From Burkholderiaceae bacterium (GTDB taxonomy: Bacteria > Pseudomonadota > Gammaproteobacteria > Burkholderiales > Burkholderiaceae_C), in contig DATDJF010000353.1 of assembly GCA_036520715.1 (NCBI GenBank), positions 55 to 64,054 of the forward strand: 64,000 nucleotides of DNA, in the 5' to 3' direction. Positions 42,861 through 55,049 of this stretch are shown one piece after another. The translations under genes were made by a program, and so were the position numbers. Below the pieces are notes generated by a model. That model had not been told where the DNA came from. It saw nothing but the letters and a program-made list of their open reading frames with translations, and searched no databases. Position 1 is the first letter of the stretch. Each line of letters starts with the position of its first letter.

Positions 42861-44726
42861 ATGGCCGCGTCGCAAGAGCACCGCCTGCTGGCCGACATCC
42901 AGCCCGAGCACGTGCAGTTCGCCATCGAAAACGAGCCGGGCCTATTCGAACAAAAGCGCACTCTCAACTGCGACGAATACCCGGACTTCGTCTCCGCGTT
43001 GCAGGCGTATCTCTCCCAGGTGACGCCCGAGGTCGTGCGCCGGTCGGTGCGCCACGGTGCCATCGCGATCGCCTACCCGGTGGCCGGCGACCTGGTTCGG
43101 ATGACCAACTATCCGTGGGAGTTCTCGATCGAAGCCACGCGCGCGGCCGTGGGCTTCGACACCTTGCTGGTCGTCAATGATTTCACGGCGACGGCGATGG
43201 CGCTGCCCGAGCTCGCACCCGACGAGCGGCGCCAGGTCGGAGGCGGCCGTCCGCGCGAGCGCAGTGTGATCGGGCTCGTTGGCTCCGGCACGGGCCTTGG
43301 CGTCTCCGCACTGGTGGCGGTCGACGACGGATGGGTCTCGCTCGCCTCCGAAGGTGGGCATGTCAGCTTTGCGCCGAAGAATGAGCACGAGGTCCACGTG
43401 CTCGAGTACGCGTGGCGCCAGTTCTCACATGTCTCGGCCGAGCGCTTGCTCTCCGGGCCCGGGCTGGAGCTGATTCACGCCGCGCTGACGTCACGCACCG
43501 GGCGCCCCGTCACCAAGCTGTCGGCGGAGGAGATCACGCGCCGAGCGGTGGCGGGCGAATGCGCCATCTGCACGCAGACCCTGCAGGTGTTCTGCGAGAT
43601 GCTGGGGACCATGGCCGCCAACGTCGCCATCACGCTCGGCGCATACGGTGGCATCTACATCGGCGGCGCGATCGTGCCTCGCCTGGGCGAGTACTTCGAT
43701 CGTTCGGGCTTTCGCGCGCGATTCGAATCCAAGGGCCGGCTCAGCGAGCTGGTTGCGGGCATACCGACCTATGTGGTCACCACAGAGACCGCCACGCTGC
43801 AGGGCGCGTCGGCGATCCTGAACGCCCAGATCAAGCGGCGCACCGGTTCGTCGACGCTGCTCGAGCGCGTGCGCCTGGCGCGCCCGACGCTGACCGCTGC
43901 CGAGCGACGCGTCGCGGAGCTGGTGCTCGCGCAGGCGCGCAATGTCGTCAACGACCCGATCATGGACATTGCGCAGCGCGCAGGTGTCAGCCAGCCGACC
44001 GTCGTGCGCTTCTGCCGCTCGCTGGGCTGCGCCGGACTGTCGGACTTCAAGCTCAAGCTGTCCGCAGGCTTGACTGGGACGATCCCGCTGTCGCACACGC
44101 AGGTGAGGCGCAGCGACTCGTCGCTCGAACTCGGTGCCAAGGTCCTCGACAACACGGCGGCGGCGATGCTGATGATGCGCGACCAGATCAACGGCACGAC
44201 GATCCAGCGTTGCGTCGACTGCCTGCGCGGCGCACACCGCGTCGACTGCTACGCACTACCCCATTTCGGCGCCATCGCCGCCGAGGCACAGTACAAGCTG
44301 ATGCGCCTGGGCGTGCCTGCGGCGGCCTACGTCGACACGCAGCTGCAGCCGCTGGCCGCCGGCATGCTGCGACCGGGCGACGTCGTGCTGGCCATCTCGG
44401 GCACGGCCGCGGTGCCGGCCTTGCTTGAGGCGGTTGACTTGGCGCTGGAGCGCGGCGCGACCGTCATCGCGCTGGCTCCCGGGCACTCGCCGTTGGCCAA
44501 GCGTGCGACGCTGACGATCGCGATCGACCACCCTGAGGACATCACGACGCAGATCCCGATGATCAGCCGCATCCTGCATCTGGCCGTGATCGACATTCTT
44601 GCCGTCGGGTTGGCCATGAGCTCGGGCGCAGGCCAGGTGGCGGCTGCGAAGGCGGACGGCGACGCTGCCGGCACGACCCGCAAGCCTTCGACCGACCTGG
44701 CACGCCTGACGTCGCATTCGCGCTGA
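42861..44726 (+). CDS. glucokinase-domain / RpiR(HexR)-family regulator fusion protein
   Basis: The N-terminal Glk-like domain has GSGTGLGVS, EGGH and GGIYIGGAIVPR. The C-terminal part has an HTH_6 region (IMDIAQRAGVSQPTVVRFCRSLG) plus a SIS domain. The phosphate-1 motif is degenerate (ADIQPEHVQF). Confidence 0.85.
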   Translation: MAASQEHRLLADIQPEHVQFAIENEPGLFEQKRTLNCDEYPDFVSALQAYLSQVTPEVVRRSVRHGAIAIAYPVAGDLVRMTNYPWEFSIEATRAAVGFDTLLVVNDFTATAMALPELAPDERRQVGGGRPRERSVIGLVGSGTGLGVSALVAVDDGWVSLASEGGHVSFAPKNEHEVHVLEYAWRQFSHVSAERLLSGPGLELIHAALTSRTGRPVTKLSAEEITRRAVAGECAICTQTLQVFCEMLGTMAANVAITLGAYGGIYIGGAIVPRLGEYFDRSGFRARFESKGRLSELVAGIPTYVVTTETATLQGASAILNAQIKRRTGSSTLLERVRLARPTLTAAERRVAELVLAQARNVVNDPIMDIAQRAGVSQPTVVRFCRSLGCAGLSDFKLKLSAGLTGTIPLSHTQVRRSDSSLELGAKVLDNTAAAMLMMRDQINGTTIQRCVDCLRGAHRVDCYALPHFGAIAAEAQYKLMRLGVPAAAYVDTQLQPLAAGMLRPGDVVLAISGTAAVPALLEAVDLALERGATVIALAPGHSPLAKRATLTIAIDHPEDITTQIPMISRILHLAVIDILAVGLAMSSGAGQVAAAKADGDAAGTTRKPSTDLARLTSHSR

Positions 44727-44781
44727 CCGAAGCGGACCAGGAACGCATCCACAACGAAGTCTTCCTGAAGGACAAACTGCA

Positions 44782-46236
<1,455 letters not shown>

Positions 46237-46253
46237 CCACTAGGACGTCTCCA

Positions 46254-47612
46254 ATGGCCAAGAGCAAATCCAAGTCTCCCCGCGGCACGGCCTACTTCGG
46301 CCTCGCCAAGCCCGCGCGATTCGAGGGCGCGAAGTTCAAGCCCGGCGACAAGCGCCCGTTCGGCTATCGCTGGTACGACCCCTCGCGCAAGGTGCTGGGC
46401 AAGCGCATGCAGGACCACCTGCGCTTCGCCGTCTGCTATTGGCACAGCTTCGTCTGGACCGGCACGGACCCGTTTGGCGGCGAGACCTTCATGCGCCCCT
46501 GGCATGCCGCCGGCGGCGACCCGATGCAGCAGGCGCAGTTCAAGGCCGAGACCGCGTTCGAGCTGTTCCGCCTGCTCGGCGTGCCCTTCTTCACCTTCCA
46601 CGACCGCGACATCGCGCCCGAGGGCGCCACCTTGCGCGAATCGAACCTGAACGTGCGCCGCATCGGCGATTTCTTCGCGAAGAAGATGAGCGAGACCGGC
46701 GTCGGCCTGCTGTGGGGCACCGCCAACCTGTTCTCCAACCGGCGCTACATGGCCGGCGCGGCGACCAATCCCGACCCCGAAGTGTTCGCCTACGCCGCCG
46801 CGCAGGTGAAGAACGTGCTCGAGCTGACCCACGAGCTGAAGGGCGCGAACTACGTGCTATGGGGCGGCCGCGAGGGCTACGAGACCCTGCTCAACACCGA
46901 CCTGAAGCGCGAACTGGCGCAACTCGGCCGCTTCATGAACCTGGTGGTCGAGCACAAACACAAGATCGGCTTCAAGGGCACGATCTTGATCGAGCCCAAG
47001 CCGGCCGAGCCGACCAAGCATCAGTATGACTATGACGTTGCCACCGTGTTCGGCTTCCTGAAGGCCAATGGCTTGGAGAACGAGATCAAGGTCAACATCG
47101 AACAGAACCACGCACTGCTCGCCGGCCACACCTTCGAGCACGAGATCGTGCTCGCGCAGGCGCTGGGCATCTTCGGCTCGATCGACATGAACCGCGGCGA
47201 CGAGTTGCTCGGCTGGGACACTGACCAGTTCCCCAACAGCCTGCCGCAGATGGCGCTTGCGATGTACCACATCGTCAAGGGTGGCGGCCTGGGCACGGGT
47301 GGGCTGAACTTCGATGCCAAGCTGCGCCGCCAGTCGATCGACCCCGACGACCTCGTTGCCGCCCATGCCCACGCGATGGACCTGTGCGCTCGCGCGCTGC
47401 TGGTGGCCGAGAAGATGATCGAACACGACGCGCTCGGCGAGTTCGTCGCGCAGCGTTACGCCGGCTGGGACGGCAAGCTCGGCAGGAGCATCCTGGCCGG
47501 CAAGCAGTCGCTGGCCGACCTGGCGGCGCTGGTCGACAAGACCGGCCTCGAGCCGCAACCACGCTCCGGCCGGCAGGAACACCTGGAGGCTCTGGTCAAC
47601 ACCTATTTTTGA
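46254..47612 (+). CDS. xylA: xylose isomerase
   Basis: [37 protein letters not shown] and WDTDQF signatures. The ATG at 46254 is in frame with track ORF 45102..47612. Confidence 0.9.
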   Translation: MAKSKSKSPRGTAYFGLAKPARFEGAKFKPGDKRPFGYRWYDPSRKVLGKRMQDHLRFAVCYWHSFVWTGTDPFGGETFMRPWHAAGGDPMQQAQFKAETAFELFRLLGVPFFTFHDRDIAPEGATLRESNLNVRRIGDFFAKKMSETGVGLLWGTANLFSNRRYMAGAATNPDPEVFAYAAAQVKNVLELTHELKGANYVLWGGREGYETLLNTDLKRELAQLGRFMNLVVEHKHKIGFKGTILIEPKPAEPTKHQYDYDVATVFGFLKANGLENEIKVNIEQNHALLAGHTFEHEIVLAQALGIFGSIDMNRGDELLGWDTDQFPNSLPQMALAMYHIVKGGGLGTGGLNFDAKLRRQSIDPDDLVAAHAHAMDLCARALLVAEKMIEHDALGEFVAQRYAGWDGKLGRSILAGKQSLADLAALVDKTGLEPQPRSGRQEHLEALVNTYF

Positions 47613-47755
47613 AGCACACCGCAACCACACACTCGATTTTCAAAGCCGGCGTCGCCCGCCTTCGGGCGAAAGGCGTCCCGCCGATGCCGGCACGCAACGG
47701 TCTCGTGATCGTTACGCATCACGTGGGGCGCCAATCAACAAGGAGACGAGACAAC

Positions 47756-48793
47756 ATGAGACTCAATGCAATCTTCGCGGCGACCCTGGTCGCTGCCGGC
47801 ACCTTCGGCGCGATGCAGGCCGCCTCTGCCGCGGGCGAGACTGTCGGCGTGTCGTGGTCCAACTTCCAGGAGGAACGCTGGAAAACCGACGAGGCGGCCA
47901 TCAAGGCCGCGCTCGACAAGGCGGGGCTGAAGTACACCAGCGCCGACGCCGCCGGCTCGGCCGAGAAGCAGGCCGCGGACGTCGAGAGCCTGATCACCAA
48001 GGGCGCCAAGGCGCTGATCATCCTCGCCTGGGACCAGGACGCCATCCTGCCCTCGGTGCAGAAGGCCAAGCAGCGCGGCATCCCGGTGATCGCCTACGAC
48101 CGCCTGATCCAGGAAAAGGACGTCTTCTACATCACCTTCAACAACGTCGAGGTCGGCCGCATGCAGGCGCGTGAGGTCTTCAAGGTCCAGCCCAAGGGCA
48201 ACTACGTCTTCATTAAGGGCGCAGCGACCGACCCGAATGCCGACTTCCTGCGCGGCGGCCAGCAGGAGGTGCTCGACGCGGCGATGAAGAAGGGCGACAT
48301 CAAGAACGTCGGCGAGCAGTACACCGACGGCTGGGCGCCCGAGAACGCGCAGAAGAACATGGAGCAGATCCTGACCAAAACCGGCGGCAAGGTCGACGCG
48401 GTGGTCGCCTCCAACGACGGCACGGCCGGCGGCGTGGTCGCGGCGCTGAAGGCGCACAACATGGTCGGCATCCCGGTCTCGGGGCAAGACGGCGACAAGG
48501 CCGCGCTGAACCGCGTCGCACGCGGCGAGCAGACCGTCTCGGTCTGGAAGGACTCGCGTGAACTCGGCAAGGTGGCCGGCGAGGTCGCCGCGGACCTGAT
48601 AGCGAAGAAGAAGCCGGCCCACACCACGATTTTCAAGGACGGCAGCAAGCACATCCCGCAGCAGGCGATCCTGCTCGCGCCGATGCCGATCACCAAGGCC
48701 AACCTGAACGCGGTGATCGACGCCAAGTGGATCACGAAGGCGGAGGTCTGCGCCGGGGTCGACGCGGCGAAGGCGCCGCCGGCCTGCAAATAA
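47756..48793 (+). CDS. xylF: D-xylose ABC transporter substrate-binding protein
   Basis: Signal peptide. It is collinear with E. coli XylF (ERWKTD, IAYDRLI, DGWAPENA, VVASNDGTAGG, SGQDGD). AAGGAG is the RBS. Confidence 0.9.
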   Translation: MRLNAIFAATLVAAGTFGAMQAASAAGETVGVSWSNFQEERWKTDEAAIKAALDKAGLKYTSADAAGSAEKQAADVESLITKGAKALIILAWDQDAILPSVQKAKQRGIPVIAYDRLIQEKDVFYITFNNVEVGRMQAREVFKVQPKGNYVFIKGAATDPNADFLRGGQQEVLDAAMKKGDIKNVGEQYTDGWAPENAQKNMEQILTKTGGKVDAVVASNDGTAGGVVAALKAHNMVGIPVSGQDGDKAALNRVARGEQTVSVWKDSRELGKVAGEVAADLIAKKKPAHTTIFKDGSKHIPQQAILLAPMPITKANLNAVIDAKWITKAEVCAGVDAAKAPPACK

Positions 48794-48908
48794 CCCCGGC
48801 GTCGGGGCCTGCCTCGCAGGTCCACGATGGGGCGGCCGCGCGGCAGCGCGCGGCCGGCCACCGGGCCGGCGTGCCGCTTTCGCCGGCCGCCACCTTGAGG
48901 GAGAAGAG

Positions 48909-50114
48909 ATGCTGTCGGGTCTGCTTGCGCGCCTGCGCCTCGATCCTCGGCTGTCATCGATGATCGCAGCGCTGATCGTCATCGCGATCGTGCTGAACGT
49001 GATGACGGGCGGGCTGTTCCTATCCGCGGAGAACCTCTACAACCTGTCGATCCAGACCTGCGTGATCGCGGTGATGGCCTGCGGCATGGTGTACGTGATC
49101 GTCGCGCGGCAGATCGACCTGTCGGTCGGATCGCTGCTGGCCTTCAGCGGCATGGCCGCCGCGTGGATCCAGACGCGTGCGTTCCCGCCCGATTCGACGC
49201 TCGGTTGGATCGCCAGCATCGGCGTCGCGCTGGCGCTCGGCGCGGCCGTCGGGGCGGTCCAGGGCGCACTGGTCGCAAAGATGCGCATCCCGGCCTTCAT
49301 CGTCACGCTGGCGGGCTACCTGATGTTCCGCGGCGCGGCGTTCATGGTCAGCGACGGCCAGACGCTCGCGCCGCTGCACCCAACTTACCAGGCGCTCGGC
49401 GGCGGCGTCAACGGCGCGATCGGCGTCCATGCCAGCATCGTGTTAGGCCTGCTTGCCGCGGCCTGGGTGGTCTGGCACGCGTGGACCGCGCGACGCGACC
49501 AGAGCCGCTACGGCATCGAGCCGGCACCGGTCTGGGTCGACGCGCTGAAGGTAGCGCTGATGTGCGCCGCGATCGCCGGATTCGTCTGGACGATGTGCCT
49601 GGCGCCGGACTTCACCAACGTCGACGAGGCCGGCAACCCGCGCGGTCGCGGCATCGGCGTGCCGGTGCTGATCCTGATCGCGATAGCCGTGTTCATGACC
49701 TTCGTCGCACAGCGCACCCGCTACGGCCGCTACGTGTTCGCCTACGGCGGCAACCCGGAGGCAGCGCTGCTGTCGGGCCTGTCCACGACCTGGCTGGTCT
49801 GGTCGCTGTTCATCCTGACCGGTGTACTGGCGGCAATCGCCGCCGTGATCACCACGGCGCGCCTGGGATCGGGTGCCAACTCGATCGGCCAGCTCGCGGA
49901 GTTGTACGTGATCTCCGCGGCCGTCATCGGGGGCACCTCGTTCGCGGGCGGGATCGGCTCGGTGCCGGGGGCGGTGCTCGGCGCGCTGCTGATCCAGACG
50001 CTGGACAACGGCATGGTGCTGCTCGACGTATCGAGCCCGATGCGGCAGATCTTCATCGGCATCGTGCTCATCGTGTCGGTGTGGTTCGACGTCGTCTACC
50101 AGAAGAGGACCTGA
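48909..50114 (+). CDS. xylH: xylose-type sugar ABC transporter permease
   Basis: 401-aa polytopic permease with XylH-like length and pattern. Confidence 0.85.
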   Translation: MLSGLLARLRLDPRLSSMIAALIVIAIVLNVMTGGLFLSAENLYNLSIQTCVIAVMACGMVYVIVARQIDLSVGSLLAFSGMAAAWIQTRAFPPDSTLGWIASIGVALALGAAVGAVQGALVAKMRIPAFIVTLAGYLMFRGAAFMVSDGQTLAPLHPTYQALGGGVNGAIGVHASIVLGLLAAAWVVWHAWTARRDQSRYGIEPAPVWVDALKVALMCAAIAGFVWTMCLAPDFTNVDEAGNPRGRGIGVPVLILIAIAVFMTFVAQRTRYGRYVFAYGGNPEAALLSGLSTTWLVWSLFILTGVLAAIAAVITTARLGSGANSIGQLAELYVISAAVIGGTSFAGGIGSVPGAVLGALLIQTLDNGMVLLDVSSPMRQIFIGIVLIVSVWFDVVYQKRT

Positions 50115-50116
50115 CG

Positions 50117-50917
50117 ATGATGCAGCCGGAACTCTCCCCGGTCGCGGCGGCGCCCGCGCCGGATCGCACGCCGTTCGTCGAGATGCGGCAGATCGTGAAG
50201 CGTTTCGGCGGCCTGGTCGCCGTCAACCACGTCGATCTCGACCTGTACGCGGGCGAATGCGTCGGCGTGCTCGGGCACAACGGCGCCGGCAAGACGGTGC
50301 TGATCAAGGTGCTGAGCGGCGTCTACATTCCCGACGAGGGCACGATCAAGGTGCACGGCCAGGAGATGCACTTCCGCACCCCGCACGATGCCCAGGCGAC
50401 GGGCATCGAGACCATCCACCAGACGCTGGCGCTGGCCGACAATCTCGACGGGCCCGGCAACCTGTTTCTCGGCCGGGAGCTGCTGACGCCCTGGCGCACG
50501 CTCGACAGCCGCCGCATGCAGTACGAGGCGCGCAACGTCATCAGCCGCCTGAACCCGAACTTCAAGAACATCCTCGATCCGGTGCTGCGCATGTCCGGCG
50601 GCCAGCGCCAGTCGGTCGCGATCGCCCGCGCACTGTATTTCAACGCCCGCATCCTGATCATGGACGAGCCCTGCGCGGCGCTGGGCCCGGCCGAGACGCG
50701 CATGGTGCTCGAGACCATCAAGCGCCTGAAAGCCGAGGGCATCGGCATCTTCCTGATCAGCCACGAGGTGCACGACGTCTTCGAGGTCTGCGACCGCGCG
50801 ACCGTGATGAAGAACGGCAACGTCGTCGGCATGGTGCACATGAAGGACGTCACGCCCGACGAGGTGCTTCAGTTGATCATCCAGGGCAAGCGCCCAGCGC
50901 AGGCTCCGGCGGCATGA
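50117..50917 (+). CDS. sugar ABC transporter ATP-binding protein, single NBD (half-size XylG equivalent)
   Basis: Walker A GHNGAGKT, signature [13 protein letters not shown] and Walker [12 protein letters not shown]. It is only 266 aa. Confidence 0.8.
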   Translation: MMQPELSPVAAAPAPDRTPFVEMRQIVKRFGGLVAVNHVDLDLYAGECVGVLGHNGAGKTVLIKVLSGVYIPDEGTIKVHGQEMHFRTPHDAQATGIETIHQTLALADNLDGPGNLFLGRELLTPWRTLDSRRMQYEARNVISRLNPNFKNILDPVLRMSGGQRQSVAIARALYFNARILIMDEPCAALGPAETRMVLETIKRLKAEGIGIFLISHEVHDVFEVCDRATVMKNGNVVGMVHMKDVTPDEVLQLIIQGKRPAQAPAA

Positions 50918-52533
50918 ACGCGCGGCTCGCCCTCCCTGCGCTGGTCCTGGCGTGCACGGCGGCCGGGGCCGCCCCGCCCGTGCCGCGTTTCGTCGACGAG
51001 ACCGACGCGGCTGGCTTCCAGAGCCGCTTCGACGGCGACTGGGAATACATGGTCGGAGGCGGGGTGGCGGCGCTCGACTGCGACGACTCGGGCAAGCCTT
51101 CGCTGTGGATCGCGGGCGGCGCCAACCGCGCGCGTTTCTATCGCAACCGCAGTGCTCGCGGGGGTGCGCTCAGGTTCGAGGAGCAGCGTGTCGGCCTCGA
51201 AATGACGAGCGCGCTCGGTGCCTACCCGATCGACATCGACGGCGACGGCAAGGTCGACCTCATGGTGCTGCGCGTCGGCGAAACGGTACTGTTGCGCGGC
51301 CTCGGCGAATGCCGGTTCGAGCGTGCCAACGAGGCATGGGGCTTTGCCGGCGGCAACCAGTGGACGAGCGCGTTCTCCGCTGCCTGGCTCGGCGACAACG
51401 CGCGGCCGACGCTGGCCCTGGGCACCTACATCGCCCGCACGGCGCAGGAATTCCCCTGGGGCAACTGCACGCCGAACCAGCTGTTCCAGCCGTCGCCGGA
51501 TGCCGGATTGCGCTACCTGCCGCCGCGCGAACTGAAGCCGGGCCACTGCGCGCTGTCGATGTTGTTCTCGGACTGGAACCGCAGCGGCATGCCGGCGCTG
51601 CGCATCGCCAACGACCGCGAGTACTACAAGGGCGGACAAGAGCAACTCTGGCAGGTGGGCAGCGATGGCAGCGCGCTCGAGCAGACGGCGGCCGACGGCT
51701 GGCAGCCGCTGCAGATCTGGGGCATGGGCATCGCCAGCGCCGATCTGGACGGCAGCGGCTTCCCTGCCTACTACATCACGAGCATGGCCGACAACAAGCT
51801 GCAGGTGCTTGCCTCGGGTGCCTCCGGGCCACGGTATGTCGATGTCGCATTCGCTCGCGGCGCCACGGCCCATCGGCCGTTCGTCGGCGGCGACGTGCAC
51901 CCGTCCACCGCGTGGCACGCCCAGTTCGCCGACGTCAACAACGATGGCTTGCTCGACCTGTTCGTGGTCAAGGGCAACGTCGGCAACATGCCCGACTTTG
52001 CGATGCTCGATCCGAGCAACCTGATGCTCGGCAACCCCTCCGGGCGCTTCACCGACGCGGCGGCCGAAGCGGGCCTGATGAACGTGCAGCGCGGCCGCGG
52101 CGGGCTGCTGGTGGACCTGAACGGCGACGGGCTGCTCGACGCCGTCATCGTCAACCGCTGGGACAAAGCCAAGCTGTGGCGCAATGTGGGCTCCGGCAGC
52201 GCGGCCGAGCCGAAGCCGCTCGGTCATTGGCTGCAGGTGCGGCCGCGCCAGGACGGCGGCAACCGCGACGCCATCGGCGCCTGGCTCGAGGTGGAATCGC
52301 TCGGCCGCGTGCAGCGTCGCGAGCTGGTGGTCGGCGGCGGCCATGCGAGTGGCGCGCTCGGCTACCAGCACGTCGGGTTGGGGGCGGCGACGCGAGCGCG
52401 CGTGCGCGTGCTCTGGCCCGGCACGAAGGCCGGCGAGACCTCGCCGAAGCGTGTGAGCGCCTGGTTCGACGTCGTTGCCGATCGCTTCTATCTGATCGAC
52501 CGTTCGAGCGGACTGCGGGAGGTGCGGCCATGA
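50914..52533 (+). CDS. secreted FG-GAP/VCBS-repeat protein with ASPIC/UnbV C-terminus (CRTAC1 family)
   Basis: N-terminal leader and Ca-binding-like repeats ([40 protein letters not shown]). The C-terminus is [13 protein letters not shown]...GGGHASG. The ATG overlaps the ATPase stop (ATGA). Confidence 0.75.
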   Translation: MNARLALPALVLACTAAGAAPPVPRFVDETDAAGFQSRFDGDWEYMVGGGVAALDCDDSGKPSLWIAGGANRARFYRNRSARGGALRFEEQRVGLEMTSALGAYPIDIDGDGKVDLMVLRVGETVLLRGLGECRFERANEAWGFAGGNQWTSAFSAAWLGDNARPTLALGTYIARTAQEFPWGNCTPNQLFQPSPDAGLRYLPPRELKPGHCALSMLFSDWNRSGMPALRIANDREYYKGGQEQLWQVGSDGSALEQTAADGWQPLQIWGMGIASADLDGSGFPAYYITSMADNKLQVLASGASGPRYVDVAFARGATAHRPFVGGDVHPSTAWHAQFADVNNDGLLDLFVVKGNVGNMPDFAMLDPSNLMLGNPSGRFTDAAAEAGLMNVQRGRGGLLVDLNGDGLLDAVIVNRWDKAKLWRNVGSGSAAEPKPLGHWLQVRPRQDGGNRDAIGAWLEVESLGRVQRRELVVGGGHASGALGYQHVGLGAATRARVRVLWPGTKAGETSPKRVSAWFDVVADRFYLIDRSSGLREVRP

Positions 52534-53885
52534 CGCGGCGCGCCCGTTGGGTTGGCGTCGTCCTGGCGCTGGCCGCGCTGGGGCCGACGGCGACCGCTTT
52601 TGCGCAAGGCGCGCGTTTGCCGCAGACGGCCGACCGCTACGGCGCCGCGGTGGCCACCGAATGGTTCCGCCTGGTGCTACCAGCACTGCAGCAGACACCA
52701 GGCCAGTCGCCGCCGGTGGCGGCGCGAACACTGGCCTATCTGGGCGTGGGCCTGCACGAATCCCTCGTGCCCGGCATCCCGGGACAGCGCAGCCTGACGG
52801 GCCAACTCGCCGAACTGCAGTCGCTGCCGCCGGTGCAACCCGACGAACCGCTGCATTGGCCCACGGTCGCCAACGCCACGCTGGCAGCGCTCGTGCGCAT
52901 GCTGCTGCCCTACGCGCCGGCCGACTGGATGAATCGGATCGATGCGCTCGAGCGCAACATGCCGCTGGCACAGATCGCCGACTTCGATCCTGCGGAACGC
53001 TCGCCCGAGGTCGTCATCCGCTCGGAGACGCACGGCCGGCTGTTGGCGATGGCGATCATGACCTGGGCGCGCACCGATGGCGGCCACGACGTGCTCGGCA
53101 CGCGCCGCGTTCGCATCGATGCCACCTACGTGTCGCCCAGCGGCCCCGGCGCCTGGGTGCCGACACCGCCGAAGTTCCAGCGCCCACTGCTGCCGTACTG
53201 GGGCAGCAACCGGCCGTTCATGACCGAGGCGATCGCGCGCTGCACACCGCCCGGGCCGCCGCCGTACGACGAGACCCCGGGTTCGGCGTTCCGGCGCGAG
53301 GCCGACGAGGTACACAAGGCGGGAACCAGCCCGACGGAAGACCAGCGCCGCATTGCGCTGTACTGGGCCGACGATCCTGGCAAGACGCCGACGCCAGCAG
53401 GTCACTGGGCCTGGATCCTCACCGACCTGCTGCGTGACCGCAAGGCCAATCTGGCAGCGGCCGCCGAGGTTTATGCGCGGATGGGCATCGCGATGTCCGA
53501 TGCCTTCGTCGCTACCTGGAAGACCAAGTACGAGGTCAACCTGCTGCGGCCGGTGACTTACATCCAGATGGTGTCGGACACCAACTGGGTGCCACCACTG
53601 ATGGAAACGCCACCCTTTCCCGAATACCCTTCGGGCCATTCGGTGCTGTCGGCCGCGGCGGCGACCGTGCTGGCGTCGCAGTTCGGCGAGCGCACCGCCT
53701 TCGACGACCGCACCCACAACGATCGCGGTTGGGGGCCGCGGCGCTTCGCCAGCTTCGCGTCGGCCGCCGACGAGGCTGCGCTGTCGCGGCTGTACGCCGG
53801 CATCCACTTCCGCTCGGCCATCGAGCACGGCGGCCAGCAGGGCCGCTGCGTGGGTGCGGCCGCGCTGGCGCTGAGCACTCGCTAG
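52530..53885 (+). CDS. secreted PAP2-superfamily protein, vanadium-haloperoxidase/acid-phosphatase-like
   Basis: Signal peptide. The PAP2 motifs are K-x6-RP (KYEVNLLRP), PSGHS and SR-x5-H (SRLYAGIHFRSA). The ATG overlaps the upstream stop (ATGA). Confidence 0.7.
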   Translation: MTRRARWVGVVLALAALGPTATAFAQGARLPQTADRYGAAVATEWFRLVLPALQQTPGQSPPVAARTLAYLGVGLHESLVPGIPGQRSLTGQLAELQSLPPVQPDEPLHWPTVANATLAALVRMLLPYAPADWMNRIDALERNMPLAQIADFDPAERSPEVVIRSETHGRLLAMAIMTWARTDGGHDVLGTRRVRIDATYVSPSGPGAWVPTPPKFQRPLLPYWGSNRPFMTEAIARCTPPGPPPYDETPGSAFRREADEVHKAGTSPTEDQRRIALYWADDPGKTPTPAGHWAWILTDLLRDRKANLAAAAEVYARMGIAMSDAFVATWKTKYEVNLLRPVTYIQMVSDTNWVPPLMETPPFPEYPSGHSVLSAAAATVLASQFGERTAFDDRTHNDRGWGPRRFASFASAADEAALSRLYAGIHFRSAIEHGGQQGRCVGAAALALSTR

Positions 53886-54141
53886 CCGGGATCTTTCGCG
53901 GGCATCGGTCCCGCGTCAGGCCAGAAAGAGGTGCCCCGGGGGAAAGTGTCCGTGGCGCATAGGGCAAGATCGCGGCTTGGCGTTGGATCGTCGGGTTGCT
54001 GGAGTGCAGACGAATGCGCAGGCGCAGCAACCACAACGAGGCAGCGGCGAAAACAACCATGACGGCACGGCGGCGAGGTGTGCGCCAATTCGGCAGCCTG
54101 CATCCACACCGACCGCAGTGGTGCCAACTACGTGAGCGGCC

Positions 54142-54501
54142 TCACTGAGGACGACATCGCGGGCATTCTCTGCAGAGCTGCGGCCACTGGGGATCCGGTG
54201 CAGAGGCTCCGCCATCCACGACCATCACCTCACCCGTCATGTGGGCGCTGAGGTCTGCGGACACGAACAACAGCGAACCGGCAATCTCGGCGGGCGTCGC
54301 CGGGCGACCAATCGGGATCACCTTGCCGATCGCGCTCCAAGCTTCTTCGCTGAGTCGCTGGTTTAGACGTGGCGTTCGCACATAGCCGTGAGCTACCGCA
54401 TTGATGCGGACACCACGACGGGCATATTCGGCTCCGGCACATCGCACCACGTGATGCAGCGCCGCCTTCGAGACGGCATACGCGATCTGGTTCGCCAGCA
54501 C
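54142..54501 (-). pseudogene. N-terminally truncated SDR remnant
   Basis: It starts at the catalytic YAVSKAAL (YxxxK) and runs to GEVMVVDGG. In-frame stops lie immediately upstream, and the whole Rossmann N-half is absent. Confidence 0.6.
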
Positions 54502-54550
54502 CTGCGATCAACATCAGGCTTGGTGGATTGCCTCCCTCAGCAAGAGCTAG

Positions 54551-54790
54551 GACGAGTTCAGTAGGGATGGCGCGCCGCCGTTGGCCATCGTCATCACGGT
54601 GTGCGACAGCGCTACCGCGGAGCAGTGTCCCGTGTTCTTCGATGGCACGGGAGTGCCAGCCTATCAAGATGCACTGGGACTACCGAACGAGCGGAGCGGG
54701 GTGGGATGCCGAGATGACGGCTTTTGACCATCAATCGCCGCGCCGCGCTGGCCACACTCTGAATGAACTTCTCCTGCCTCTCCGTCTCAG
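54551..54790 (+). pseudogene. possible LMW-PTP/ArsC-type arsenate reductase remnant (truncated and frameshifted)
   Basis: One frame reads LAIVITVCDSATAEQCPVFFDG and the next reads KMHWDY...DAEMTAF. The N-terminal CX5R loop is missing. The assignment is tentative. Confidence 0.35.
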
Positions 54791-55049
54791 CCAAAGCACC
54801 TCCACCGAAAGGTATAGCCATGTCAGCCGCTCAAAAGTCCCGGGTCACCGAACCTCTCAAGAGCATCGAAACCGGTGACTCAGGTCCGGTAGCGCACCTT
54901 CTCAACTTCTCACGCAACTCGAGACGCCTGAATGCAGGCCTCAGCAGTTGTTCGCGGACGCATGGATGCGACGATTGGCTCGGGTGTCCGATTTGCGCTC
55001 TGCGGGCCGTGCTCGCGGCTCGCGGCACGGCCTGGAAAAATGCGCAGAT

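Noticed and set aside
47653-47668. The hairpin CGCCCG-cctt-CGGGCG (and CGTGAT-N8-ATCACG further on) between xylA and xylF, considered as terminator or operator
   Set aside because: The stems are short and there is no T-tract. It may modulate mRNA stability, but I cannot support a specific function from sequence alone.
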